A stretch of 64,000 nt of DNA from Elusimicrobiota bacterium (GTDB lineage: Bacteria; Elusimicrobiota; Elusimicrobia; JACQPE01). The stretch spans positions 44,358 through 108,357 of the forward strand of contig JACPAN010000004.1 of assembly GCA_016180815.1 (NCBI GenBank), written 5' to 3'. Below the pieces are notes generated by a model. It was not told where the DNA came from. It saw nothing but the letters and a program-made list of their open reading frames with translations, and made no database searches. The stretch's first letter is position 1, and every line of letters starts with the position of its first letter. A program made the translations under genes and the position numbers. Shown in pieces: positions 9,286 to 18,582 of this stretch.

Positions 9286-11001
9286 ATGACCTGCATATCT
9301 TTCCCGTTCTTTTCCAAGCACAAAGCAGCGGTCGCCGCCGTGGGTCTTTTTGTGGTTTCGGTAGGCGTCTTTTGGCCATCCCTCTCTTTCGAATTTTTGA
9401 GCGTCGATGACTCTGTTCAGATCACGAAGAATCCACACGTACGCAGCGGATTAACTAAGGACAGCGTACGGTGGGCATTCCAACCTGATTCTTTCTTTTC
9501 CAAGATAGAACCATACACTTGGAGGATACCGCTTGTTTTTCTTTCTCATATGCTGGATGTAGAAATTTATGGACTCAATCCCGAGGGGCACCGCCTGACC
9601 AATGTCCTTCTCCACGCAGCTAGTGCTGCATTTTTCTTTCTTTTTCTTTTTCGAATTACCGGACGGTTGGATTGCAGCCTTTTGGCTGCGGCGCTCTTTA
9701 GCGCTCACCCCATGAAGGTTGAATCAGTCGTTTGGCTCGCCGAAAGAAAAGATGTCTTGAGCGGATTTTTTGTCGGACTTACCTTGCTTGCTTACGCCAA
9801 TTACATATCAAAGCCGGGATGGAAACTTTATGCGGCTATTTTGATCTTTTATACGCTCGGCCTCATGTCCAAAGCTTCGATCGTGGCCCTCCCACTAGGA
9901 ATGATGGCTTTTGATTTTTGGCCGCTCAAACGTTTTCGATGGGGCGACAGATCGACGATCCTGAAATCTTTTCTAGAAAAAATACCGCTTTTTATTTTGT
10001 CGTTGATTGCCGGTGTCATTACGATGGCAGGATCCACTTTTATCGTCACAAACATAAAACCATTCAATGCATCGCATATTATTGAAATTTCTTTAAATCG
10101 TTGTTTCGATTATTTAACAAGAACTATTTGGCCGGTCAATTTAGCGTTTTTATATCCCTTGACGCCTGACTCGTTGTCTCTTTGGAGAAGCATCCAGGCA
10201 TTTATCTCTGTTGTAGGATTGACTGCGATATTTTCAGCGCAATACGTCAAAAGACCCTACTTGATTGCCGGTTGGCTTTGGTTTCTATTCAATTTGATTC
10301 CCTCCTTCGGAAACATTCCAGTTTTCCATAATCACTATACCTACTTATCCAGCATAGGTATTTTTATCGCAATCTCCTGGTTCTTAAACGAAATAATGTC
10401 CAGGCAGCGATTTTGGACATACTGGATTGCGGGTGGGCTAATTTTTATCTTGAGTGTTTCCGGAACTTTTTATCAGATGCAGTTTTGGCGTAACAGCGAG
10501 ACTCTTTATCAGCGTGCCTTGAAAGTTACGGGGCCTAATGTTCCTGTTCATGTAGCTCTGGGTAATTTATTGAGCGACCAAGGCAGACTCGATGAAGCGG
10601 AACGGCACTATCTTGAAGCGCTTAAAATTCAACCGAATCATCCATTGACTCACCTAGGACTGGCAAAGGTGTTTGGGTTCAAAAATATGTGGGAAAAGGC
10701 GGCTTTCTTCAGCAAGACCGCCCTAAACCTAAATAAAAATCTCCCCATGGCACACTGGTATCTGGGAACCTACTTGTATGACCGGGGTGAGGTCAAACAG
10801 GCTATTGCCCACTACCAACAGGCAATTGAGCTTAAACCCGATTACTGGGAAGCGTGGAACAATTTAGGGGTGGCCATGCAGGAGCAGGGAAAATGGAATG
10901 AGGCCGTCTCTTGCTACCGCGAAGCCTTAAAGCAAAATCCCCATTCAAGCGAAGCCAAGCAAAATTTGATACGCGCCCTTTCTACTCTTCGATTGCAGTG
11001 A
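9286..11001 (+). CDS. TMTC-like GT-C membrane glycosyltransferase with TPRs
   Basis: FLSVDD...NPHV, HRLTNVLLH, AHPMKVESVVWLAERKDVL, GLMSKAS, WRNSETLY motifs followed by TPRs. Confidence 0.8.
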   Translation: MTCISFPFFSKHKAAVAAVGLFVVSVGVFWPSLSFEFLSVDDSVQITKNPHVRSGLTKDSVRWAFQPDSFFSKIEPYTWRIPLVFLSHMLDVEIYGLNPEGHRLTNVLLHAASAAFFFLFLFRITGRLDCSLLAAALFSAHPMKVESVVWLAERKDVLSGFFVGLTLLAYANYISKPGWKLYAAILIFYTLGLMSKASIVALPLGMMAFDFWPLKRFRWGDRSTILKSFLEKIPLFILSLIAGVITMAGSTFIVTNIKPFNASHIIEISLNRCFDYLTRTIWPVNLAFLYPLTPDSLSLWRSIQAFISVVGLTAIFSAQYVKRPYLIAGWLWFLFNLIPSFGNIPVFHNHYTYLSSIGIFIAISWFLNEIMSRQRFWTYWIAGGLIFILSVSGTFYQMQFWRNSETLYQRALKVTGPNVPVHVALGNLLSDQGRLDEAERHYLEALKIQPNHPLTHLGLAKVFGFKNMWEKAAFFSKTALNLNKNLPMAHWYLGTYLYDRGEVKQAIAHYQQAIELKPDYWEAWNNLGVAMQEQGKWNEAVSCYREALKQNPHSSEAKQNLIRALSTLRLQ

Positions 11002-11050
11002 CAGATTAATCGGCAAAATCCGCCAAGGACAAGGCCTACCTAAATAAGGG

Positions 11051-13261
11051 CTACTTAAGATAACCCAGGGCTTTTAACGCGAGGGTTCTGTTGTGCGACA
11101 CGATGGGATCGGCAATACCTAGTTTTGAAACTTGTTCAAAGGCATCAAGAGCCAGCCTGGGCTGATCATTTTTTAAATAGGCAATACCAAGATTGGTAAG
11201 CGCCCTGTAATTGCCCGGATCAAGTTGACCGGCTAAATAGTTCAACCGAACAGCTTCGGCATATTTCCTTTCATCTAAACAAAGAACGCCAAGATTCATC
11301 AGTGCTTGCGCATAAAATCCTTTAACCTGAGGCGTCACGGCCATTCGTTGAGTCAGACCTGGATGGCGGTCGGTTTCCATGGCAGGGATTAAATAATTCA
11401 ATGCTTCGCGGGGCCGGTTTTGATCTAGTAGAACCATCGCGGCAACATATTTGGCCCACGTCGTGCTCCCGTCCAAGGCCAAGGCTCGCTGAGCTTCTCT
11501 AAGAGCATGACGCTTTTGACCGTAAAGATAATAATAGTGAGCCAACATTTCATGAACTTTTGCGTTGTCAGTGATGTCGTAAATTAAAATAGAGTGCCCG
11601 ACTCTATCGATAGGCTGAAACGTTTTGAGCCAATAAAAAGGATCGGCGCCAAGTTGAGGTGCGAAATAAACCCCCTGGAGCTTCGTGACGCTGATGGCTA
11701 AAATTTCTTGTTTGGGGTTTGGGGTGTTGATATGGGAATGCAGTCCGCGGAATTCCGACATGAAATCCTGGAACTCAAAGCCGATTGATTTTGGAGGCAC
11801 AGGCCCAAAATAGATGAGCACGACCTCGGCGTCAGGATACTGTTCGATATAGCGGCGCAAATACGGCAAATCCTGGCCCCAATCGATGTTTGAGTCCACT
11901 AAATAATGCCAACCTTTTTTAGCCCCGCCGAACATTTCATTGAAATATTCCAAATGGTGAGGACCGATGCTTACTGCCGAAAGAATATGCCATGGCAATA
12001 GAAATAAGGCCGCGAATTTAAGCCTTGGGCTTTGCGTAATCTTAGCGCACAATACATACAACAGCGGATAAATAGGCAAGATGTGCCGGTGGCCTATTTT
12101 AAGCGGGGTAAATATGCTGGCTGCAAGCAGAATTACGGCCGGCACAAAAAGAAAAAAAACGGTGCGCCTACGGAGGCGATCCTGAAATTCCAGCCAAAGC
12201 CCGATGGTTCCAAGCAGCAACGCTGGGATCGTGGTTTTGGCAATAAATGTAAAAAAGAAATAGTGCCAAAATCCGGTTGAAGAATACTGACCGGCCATAT
12301 AACTCATCTGCCCACGGCTGATATACCGATAAGCACCCAAGACACCCTTGAAGTATTCATCAACATGGATGAAGCGATAGAAAAGAAGGATGGTTATGAT
12401 CAGCGAGAACGCTGCCAGTGGAATATATCGAAACAGCCTTGGTCCGGGTTTTTCGCTGCTAAAGCGCATTGAACACCAAACGGCGCCGATCAAGGCCGGC
12501 AACAGAATAATAGCGCTGTGCTTGGATAGTAGGGCCAGGGCCGCGCAAACGCCCAAACCTATGGCTCTAACGGCGACAGGTTTCTCGTAATAAAGCCAGC
12601 AACTATACGTCGCCATGAAAAAAAAGGCTGTGATCAGAAGATCCTCGGTGGCTAAAGACGAGTGGGCCAAAATGTTTGGACAAAATGAATACAAAGCCAG
12701 AGCAAGCAATCCTCCCTTAATGCCATAGAGCCGTTTGGCCCATGAAAAAACTCCCAATGCCAACAAAAGCGAAACCGCCAGAACCATCAAACGGCTGACC
12801 AAGAGTATTGTTGAGGTCGAAATAACATTGTTGAAAATAAAATCTTCCACGAAAGGAATGGCTTTGGTCCATTCGCTGGGCTCGGGCGATCTGGCATAAA
12901 TAGCATCCTTCCAGAGTTGCGTATCCGTTCTCATGCGCACATTTGTGAAAATCAGGGGCAAGCTAACCAAGGACATAGGCAAAATGCCCTTATCTTTTCT
13001 TAGCCTGAAATCTCCTGTATTCCAAAGACTATAGCCTGCGGTAATAAAATAAGGTTCGTCATAAGTGGCCGAATGATTAAGAATCGCCCGTCCACCCTGA
13101 AACACCAAACACAACAAACATAGCGGCAACAATATCCAAACTGCCCAACGGTGAAGATTTGTTTTTTTTATTGACGTCGGCTCTTGAGAGGTTAACTTTT
13201 GTTTATTGGTCAAGGTGGGAAGAAGGATTAAATCGATGATCGCTAAATCGTCGGAGGGCAA
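11051..13261 (-). CDS. GT39/ArnT-like (PMT_2) membrane glycosyltransferase with TPRs
   Basis: SATYDEPYFITAG, PNILAHSSLATED, LLSKHSA, IGHRHILP, LVDSNIDWGQDL motifs; TPR tail; start uncertain. Confidence 0.8.
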   Translation of the reverse strand: MPSDDLAIIDLILLPTLTNKQKLTSQEPTSIKKTNLHRWAVWILLPLCLLCLVFQGGRAILNHSATYDEPYFITAGYSLWNTGDFRLRKDKGILPMSLVSLPLIFTNVRMRTDTQLWKDAIYARSPEPSEWTKAIPFVEDFIFNNVISTSTILLVSRLMVLAVSLLLALGVFSWAKRLYGIKGGLLALALYSFCPNILAHSSLATEDLLITAFFFMATYSCWLYYEKPVAVRAIGLGVCAALALLSKHSAIILLPALIGAVWCSMRFSSEKPGPRLFRYIPLAAFSLIITILLFYRFIHVDEYFKGVLGAYRYISRGQMSYMAGQYSSTGFWHYFFFTFIAKTTIPALLLGTIGLWLEFQDRLRRRTVFFLFVPAVILLAASIFTPLKIGHRHILPIYPLLYVLCAKITQSPRLKFAALFLLPWHILSAVSIGPHHLEYFNEMFGGAKKGWHYLVDSNIDWGQDLPYLRRYIEQYPDAEVVLIYFGPVPPKSIGFEFQDFMSEFRGLHSHINTPNPKQEILAISVTKLQGVYFAPQLGADPFYWLKTFQPIDRVGHSILIYDITDNAKVHEMLAHYYYLYGQKRHALREAQRALALDGSTTWAKYVAAMVLLDQNRPREALNYLIPAMETDRHPGLTQRMAVTPQVKGFYAQALMNLGVLCLDERKYAEAVRLNYLAGQLDPGNYRALTNLGIAYLKNDQPRLALDAFEQVSKLGIADPIVSHNRTLALKALGYLK

Positions 13262-13297
13262 ACATCAGCAAAGTTGGGGGGCGTGGTTTAATTCTGG

Positions 13298-13395
13298 TTA
13301 CGAAACCGCTACTCTACCGCTGAGCTACCCCGGCGCGACATCAATTCCCCCCGCATTCGACCCGTTATTTTGACTAATTTTAGAGCGAATAACCA
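13298..13395. repeat. 98-bp direct repeat, copy 2 (truncated tRNA-Thr 5' half 13298..13334 + upstream)
   Basis: Matches 8868..8965; similarity stops at the end of the anticodon loop. Confidence 0.95.
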
Positions 13396-13425
13396 GGAAA
13401 TGCCATGGGATTTACGCCGGACGCG

Positions 13426-14757
13426 CTAAATCAGAATTTCTGCTTGTTGGGAACGCTCGCGCAATAAGGCGGCGCGTTTTTTATTGACATCGGGGTTGTA
13501 ACAGCCGCCCCGGTTGCCCAAAGCCAGCGCCATGAACACGCAGCGATTGCAGCTTTCGCAAATCGACGCCCGCCGGTCACCGGTCAACAGCCGGGCCGGC
13601 AAGTCGGGTTCCGCGTACAACGGCCGGGCCATGCCCACCATATCAGCCTGCCCCGAACCTAGAATGGACTCAATATCCTCCAAAGACCGGATGCCGCCGA
13701 CGGCAAATGCCGGAATGGACACGGTTCGTTTGATCGCCGCAAAAATGTCGCGATTCCAAACGCTTTGAAATGGTTCGCGCCGGGCGGCGTAAGCCGTCGT
13801 CCAACGATAGAGGTGAAAGCGCCACCAAGAACCGGAGGCTTCTCGCATTTGCCGTGCAATGGTTCCGTTTTCGTAGACGCCGGCCGGATAATCGCCGCGC
13901 GTCACTTTTGCGGTCGGGAACGCGTCCGCGGTTGTGGGCGTAATGGCGGCGAAACCCCATTGCTCGCAAAGGCGCGCCATGGCGAGGCCGTCTTCAAGCG
14001 TGATGCGCCTCTTCGCATGCTGGGTGTCCATCATGGGCAGCTTGGTTAAAACCGGGTAATCAGCTCCTGCGTGCCGGGCGATGGATTCCCGAATCACCTT
14101 AAGAATACGGGTCCGATTTTCCACCGTTCCTCCGAACTCGTCCGTACGGCGATTAAAATACGGGGTCAAAAATTGATGCAGCAGCTTGCCGTTGCCCGCG
14201 GCCAATTGAACGCCGTCTAAACCCGCTTCCCTGGCTAAGGCCGCTGAGCGTCCGAATTTTTCAGCCAACTCGTAAACTTCCGCCGTTGTTAACGCATGAA
14301 CAGGCCTGATCATTAAGGAAAAAGGCAAAGGCAGAGGGCTGGGGCCGATCAACGGCTTTTTTCTGCGGCTTTTGTAAGCCGTATGCCAGCCTTCGAGAGC
14401 AAAATACCCGCCATGACCCAACTGCATCACGATTTTGGCGCCGTGCTCATGAACCCGGGCCGTTAAACGGGCCAAGGGAAGCACGTTCTCCCGTAAGTGC
14501 ACCGAGATCATGCCCGGGGCGGCATGACCCTCTTCATCAATACAGGAGGAGCCCATAATGATTAAACCGATACCGGCCTTGGCATTGGGGATGAAATGCT
14601 CCTCATACGCTCGAATAAAATCCTTCTCGCCTAGATAGCCTTCGAGCACCGGCGCGCGGTAAAGCCGGTTGCGAACCATCATGCTGCCGATGCGCAATGA
14701 ATCGGATAATCGGATTCCTTGCGGCCCGGGGAGAATGTCCGTTCCTGTTTTAATCAT
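13426..14757 (-). CDS. NADH:flavin oxidoreductase (Old Yellow Enzyme family)
   Basis: VRNRLYRAP, QLGHGG, GLDGVQL, FLTPYFNRRTDEFGG.VENR, VGGIRS, ADMVGMARP, CESCNRC. Confidence 0.9.
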   Translation of the reverse strand: MIKTGTDILPGPQGIRLSDSLRIGSMMVRNRLYRAPVLEGYLGEKDFIRAYEEHFIPNAKAGIGLIIMGSSCIDEEGHAAPGMISVHLRENVLPLARLTARVHEHGAKIVMQLGHGGYFALEGWHTAYKSRRKKPLIGPSPLPLPFSLMIRPVHALTTAEVYELAEKFGRSAALAREAGLDGVQLAAGNGKLLHQFLTPYFNRRTDEFGGTVENRTRILKVIRESIARHAGADYPVLTKLPMMDTQHAKRRITLEDGLAMARLCEQWGFAAITPTTADAFPTAKVTRGDYPAGVYENGTIARQMREASGSWWRFHLYRWTTAYAARREPFQSVWNRDIFAAIKRTVSIPAFAVGGIRSLEDIESILGSGQADMVGMARPLYAEPDLPARLLTGDRRASICESCNRCVFMALALGNRGGCYNPDVNKKRAALLRERSQQAEILI

Positions 14758-14791
14758 TGTCGAACTCCTTCGCTTTTGCCTCGAATTTCTT

Positions 14792-14844
14792 TGTTAAATT
14801 GTTGTTCTAAACAAACATTTAACATAAAATAATCCGTATGTCAA
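14792..14844 (-). promoter_or_regulatory. Promoter of the OYE gene with overlapping palindromic operator
   Basis: -35 TTGACA (14844..14839), 17-bp spacer, extended -10 TGnTAAATG; inverted repeat TGTTAAAT...ATTTAACA at 14792..14824. Confidence 0.6.
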
Positions 14845-14868
14845 TACGCGTAAAAAATAAAAAACTGG

Positions 14869-14897
14869 TTGACTTTAAACAAAAGTGGGTGTATATA
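14869..14897 (+). promoter_or_regulatory. sigma70-like promoter
   Basis: TTGACT-17 bp-TATATA upstream of ATG 14914. Confidence 0.5.
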
Positions 14898-14913
14898 TGA
14901 ATTTAGGATGTCC

Positions 14914-15774
14914 ATGATTAAATATTCTCTGCTTCTTTGGCTTACAATCGGCCTGTCTGCCCAAAACGGATATTGCGATGAACCGCCGGAATCCCCGGCT
15001 TTATCTGCGGAAAGCGAAGCCAACGGCTATCTTGACGAACGGGCATCCTGGCGGCAATGGACAGCGAGCGAATGGCGCTTTTGCGAAGAAAATTCCCGGC
15101 CCCAACACCCTTGGACCAAAGATGAAATAACCGTTGATTCTGCGTTTGTCGATGATCATGGTTTGCCGTGGCGGCGCCTGCAATACCGCAGCGCGCTTCA
15201 TGGCGCGCCGGACTCCTATCTTTGCCTCAATGGCCGGTGGGTTTGGCTGGGCTCAGTCACCCTGCGCAGCGCAACCTTGACTGCGGACGGCAAAGAAATA
15301 GTTCTGATGCTGGAAGACCCGCGCCAAATCATCAACGACTATTGGCGGATCAGGGCTGCGGACATCGAACGCTATGATGCTTCCGACCGCAGGATTTATA
15401 TCGCCGAGATCGCTTGGGTTTATGCGATGGTTGATTTACGCCGAACCGATCCGCCGATTCATAACATCAGTCTTTACCTGAATTCGGAAACAGGGCTAAA
15501 CGGAGACGCCGTGGCCGTCGCTTTATGGCGGATGAGTGAGGAAGGGTTCCTCAGACGATCGCCTTTGCGCAACATGAATTTAAGAATAACCGCAGCCAAC
15601 TGGGTATCGGAACGTGCGCCCGCCGGCGTCAAACTCTTCACCCGGGTCTATTTATCCCCTGCCGAACGTTACGAGGGCTGGGCGTCCACGGCCGTAGAAA
15701 TTTACGAACAAAACAGCATCGATCCTTTGGCTCAGATAACCTGGCGCCAATTGAAACGCAGGGCCCGCCGGTAA
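14914..15774 (+). CDS. Hypothetical exported protein
   Basis: Long ORF with signal-peptide-like N-terminus; AGGA before ATG 14914. Confidence 0.6.
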   Translation: MIKYSLLLWLTIGLSAQNGYCDEPPESPALSAESEANGYLDERASWRQWTASEWRFCEENSRPQHPWTKDEITVDSAFVDDHGLPWRRLQYRSALHGAPDSYLCLNGRWVWLGSVTLRSATLTADGKEIVLMLEDPRQIINDYWRIRAADIERYDASDRRIYIAEIAWVYAMVDLRRTDPPIHNISLYLNSETGLNGDAVAVALWRMSEEGFLRRSPLRNMNLRITAANWVSERAPAGVKLFTRVYLSPAERYEGWASTAVEIYEQNSIDPLAQITWRQLKRRARR

Positions 15775-15787
15775 AAACCGGCGCCGC

Positions 15788-17791
15788 TTATTCGAGCGTC
15801 CGGTCCAGGGCGTCCAGCGCCCGGTCGCGGGTAATCGGAGCGCCGCGCGGATCATCATGAAAAAGATCGGGGCCCGCCGGTCTGGGTAAATTTGGATCCC
15901 CGTGGAATGTGGCCGCATCAAGAACAGGACGGCCTTGCTCGGTGATGATGCGCCCATCATAGCGGCCGCCGCGGGGCGTATCGCCCACCGTATGCAAAAT
16001 CGCAAAGCCTCCGTTTTGAGCCTGGTAAACGGCCAAGGCCGCCTCCGGGTCGAACGTGTTGGTGGGAATAATATTTCCCCAATCCACAAAAACAAACCCC
16101 TCCCCAGGAAGACGGATCATGGGCACGGCATGGCCGATGGATTGCTCATTTTCATCGATAGAAACCACCTTAATGCTGCTCGCTTCAACGTTTAATCCCA
16201 GGCGCGCGCCTAGATCAACCGCCAATTCCGATGCGACTTGCGCGGCGCCGATGCAAACCATCATGGGATCCTCTTGGCCTGAAATGTAGCTCTCGCGCCA
16301 GCGCCGGTAAAGATCCTGAGCATTGCCCGCGTTGATGGTATCACCCTCATCAAAGTTATAGTTCAAGTCGTTCAATGAATACGTCATGAGAGCGGCGGCT
16401 TGAACAATTTGTTTCGCATCGGCGACCCGGAGATTTTGCGCAAAAGAAGAAAGGTTGTCAGAAGCGTGAACCGCGATTTTAAAATTGTCCCTGAGATCCC
16501 GGTCGATTGAAGAAAAAAACTCGCGGCCGGCCTCAAACCTAGCCGGCGACAGCGCCGGGGTTCCCTGGCGCCTGAGCCGGCGGCGGGCTCGGATGTTTCC
16601 CCTCAGGCGGCCGGCGTTATGACGCCAATCCAAGCCGCCCATAACCGCCACATCCGGCGCCAATTGATGCCCTTCGATGTCCTGACGATCCATGTACGAA
16701 GCCGCGGCTTCAACACCGATGCCCCGGCCAACATCCACATGCAATGTTGCGGCGACGCCCGTTTCATCAAGCGCCCATGGCGAATGGGATCGTTGGGATT
16801 TCAAAGCCGCGGCCGCCTCGACGCGGCGATGATCGATTTGAAAACCTGCTTCGGAACTCCTGTACAGCGGGCCGTAATAATGCTCGTACCACAGCCTCAT
16901 CCGGTCCTCCGGGGTCCAACGATGCGTGTAGTCGGCTCCCGCGCGCACGCCGTCAAAAAATACCCCGCCGTTCCAAAGGCCGTTGGGTTTGTCATTCCTG
17001 AACGAATCAGCCCGATGAACAACCCCCTCGACCTGCGCCCAGGCGCGAATCCGGTCCCGGCCGGAAAGATTCATCGCCGCGGCCAAGCCGACATTGCCTT
17101 CCCGGTCCGATTGGCTGCCCGGGGCCGTCATGCTCCAAGCATCGGCCGCCCCAAAAATAGCCACCGCGGCCCGCTCGGATAAGCGCAAAATGCCGATGCT
17201 GTCCGCGTAAAAACTGAAGACTCCCGCGGGCGTCAACAACACGGGTTCCGCTTCTGAATCATCCTGGCCTAACGCGGGATGCGTCCTCAATGTGAGCGAA
17301 GTCGCTGTTCCCATAGCCAAGGCATCCCAATTCTTTCCCGCGTGGCGAAAAGACAACGAACCACCAAAATATGGACTTGCGGCCAATGTGGCCAGCGGGA
17401 TGCCTGGTCCGCCCAAAAAACTTGCTCCGCTGACAACGCCGGCGCGAAAACCCGCGCGCAAGCCGCGATAAGCGGGAAAATAGGCCGAGCCTTCGATACG
17501 ATGATCTTCGACCGTGGCCGCAAAATCGGCGTTCATACGCTCGGGCGGAGTCACCAAAAGGCGGCTCTTTCGACGAGGGTTTTGCGGCGGCTGATTGACG
17601 GGGATTGCCGAAGGCTCAGGGGACCGCAAACCGGTCAACGCTAAAGGCCTGACGTCAGACGATGCCGCGGCGCTGCGCCGGTCGAATGTCTGTTCCAGTT
17701 GGTCAGGGTTCGGCGGTGGCTCCGCGGTCAGGGCCGATGCGCCACGGGCAAACACCAGGGCGCAAAGGAGAAATAAAAGGGATCGTTGCAC
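15788..17791 (-). CDS. Large exported protein: beta-rich N-terminal part and putative transglutaminase-like C-terminal domain
   Basis: Likely GTG start 17791 (VQRSLLFLLCALVFARGASA signal); VCIGAA / GHAVP / FVDWG as possible Cys-His-Asp. Confidence 0.55.
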   Translation of the reverse strand: MQRSLLFLLCALVFARGASALTAEPPPNPDQLEQTFDRRSAAASSDVRPLALTGLRSPEPSAIPVNQPPQNPRRKSRLLVTPPERMNADFAATVEDHRIEGSAYFPAYRGLRAGFRAGVVSGASFLGGPGIPLATLAASPYFGGSLSFRHAGKNWDALAMGTATSLTLRTHPALGQDDSEAEPVLLTPAGVFSFYADSIGILRLSERAAVAIFGAADAWSMTAPGSQSDREGNVGLAAAMNLSGRDRIRAWAQVEGVVHRADSFRNDKPNGLWNGGVFFDGVRAGADYTHRWTPEDRMRLWYEHYYGPLYRSSEAGFQIDHRRVEAAAALKSQRSHSPWALDETGVAATLHVDVGRGIGVEAAASYMDRQDIEGHQLAPDVAVMGGLDWRHNAGRLRGNIRARRRLRRQGTPALSPARFEAGREFFSSIDRDLRDNFKIAVHASDNLSSFAQNLRVADAKQIVQAAALMTYSLNDLNYNFDEGDTINAGNAQDLYRRWRESYISGQEDPMMVCIGAAQVASELAVDLGARLGLNVEASSIKVVSIDENEQSIGHAVPMIRLPGEGFVFVDWGNIIPTNTFDPEAALAVYQAQNGGFAILHTVGDTPRGGRYDGRIITEQGRPVLDAATFHGDPNLPRPAGPDLFHDDPRGAPITRDRALDALDRTLE

Positions 17792-17897
17792 TGATCTATT
17801 TTGGATGAATAAAGGATTCGAATCATGGGACTTTCGGGTAAAAAACGCCTCCCTCGAGTCCCAAAAAACTGGAAAAATCGAATTTATTCGTCTTTTA

Positions 17898-18509
17898 TCA
17901 GGAATTGGACGCTGAAGAAACGACGCGCGAGGCCAAGTCCACGATATGACGCCGGCGCATGGACAGAGTTTCCGGCGACAAGGGTTCTTTCCCGAGCAAA
18001 TCGCCCAGCATGGGGCTATACAAAAAATATCCGGCAATAGCGCCGAAAATGCTGATGCCGGCCTGCTCCAGGAGATCGGCGCGCTCAGGCGGCAGGCGGC
18101 TTCGCCAAAGGCTCCTCATGGGCGTGACATACCGATGCACAAAACCGGAAACAGCCTGACCCTGGTCCAGAATCTCGCGCATCAGCAATTGCTGCAATTG
18201 CTGCTCCTCGCATAAAAAATCAAAATACGCGCCGGCCAAACGGCCGGCCATCAGGTCCGTATTTTGCTCCATCAGCCGCTCCGCGAACCAAATATTTCCC
18301 AGCCGCTCGGCAAGCCGATTCATGGCCTCATCCACCACCGCGGCATGAAGGGCTTTTTTGCTGCGGTAATAATAATTGATCATGGCCGCGGTGACACCCG
18401 CTTTTGCTGCGATGCCGCGAACGCGGGCGCCTTTGAGGCCATGACGGGCGAATTCGCTTTTGGCTGCGGCTAAAATTTTAGCCTGGACTTCGGTGACTTG
18501 ATCGTTCAT
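17898..18509 (-). CDS. TetR/AcrR family regulator
   Basis: ILAAAKSEFARHGLKGARVRGIAAKAGVTAAMINYYYRSKKAL HTH. Confidence 0.95.
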   Translation of the reverse strand: MNDQVTEVQAKILAAAKSEFARHGLKGARVRGIAAKAGVTAAMINYYYRSKKALHAAVVDEAMNRLAERLGNIWFAERLMEQNTDLMAGRLAGAYFDFLCEEQQLQQLLMREILDQGQAVSGFVHRYVTPMRSLWRSRLPPERADLLEQAGISIFGAIAGYFLYSPMLGDLLGKEPLSPETLSMRRRHIVDLASRVVSSASNS

Positions 18510-18527
18510 TTAAAAAATATTTTAGAC

Positions 18528-18563
18528 AAAAAACAGCCTCCCGCCGAAAAGCGGGAGGCTGTT
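18528..18563 (-). terminator. Intrinsic terminator downstream of fbp
   Basis: 13-bp stem AACAGCCTCCCGC/GCGGGAGGCTGTT followed by a T-run on the minus strand. Confidence 0.85.
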
Positions 18564-18582
18564 CAATACCGTGCGGGTCTAA

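Larger units (their letters stand above)
8966..13297. mobile_element. AT-rich integrated cassette at tRNA-Thr (no integrase present)
   Basis: Bounded by the 98-bp direct repeats; visibly AT-richer than flanks; two cargo genes. Confidence 0.75.

Noticed and set aside
13298..13334. Second tRNA-Thr gene
   Set aside because: Only the 5' half up to the anticodon loop is present; no T-arm or 3' acceptor strand.
17792..18037. N-terminal 82 aa of the 749-aa ORF in the ORF track
   Set aside because: Overlaps the TetR gene in another frame and the intergenic palindromes; a signal peptide begins at GTG 17791.
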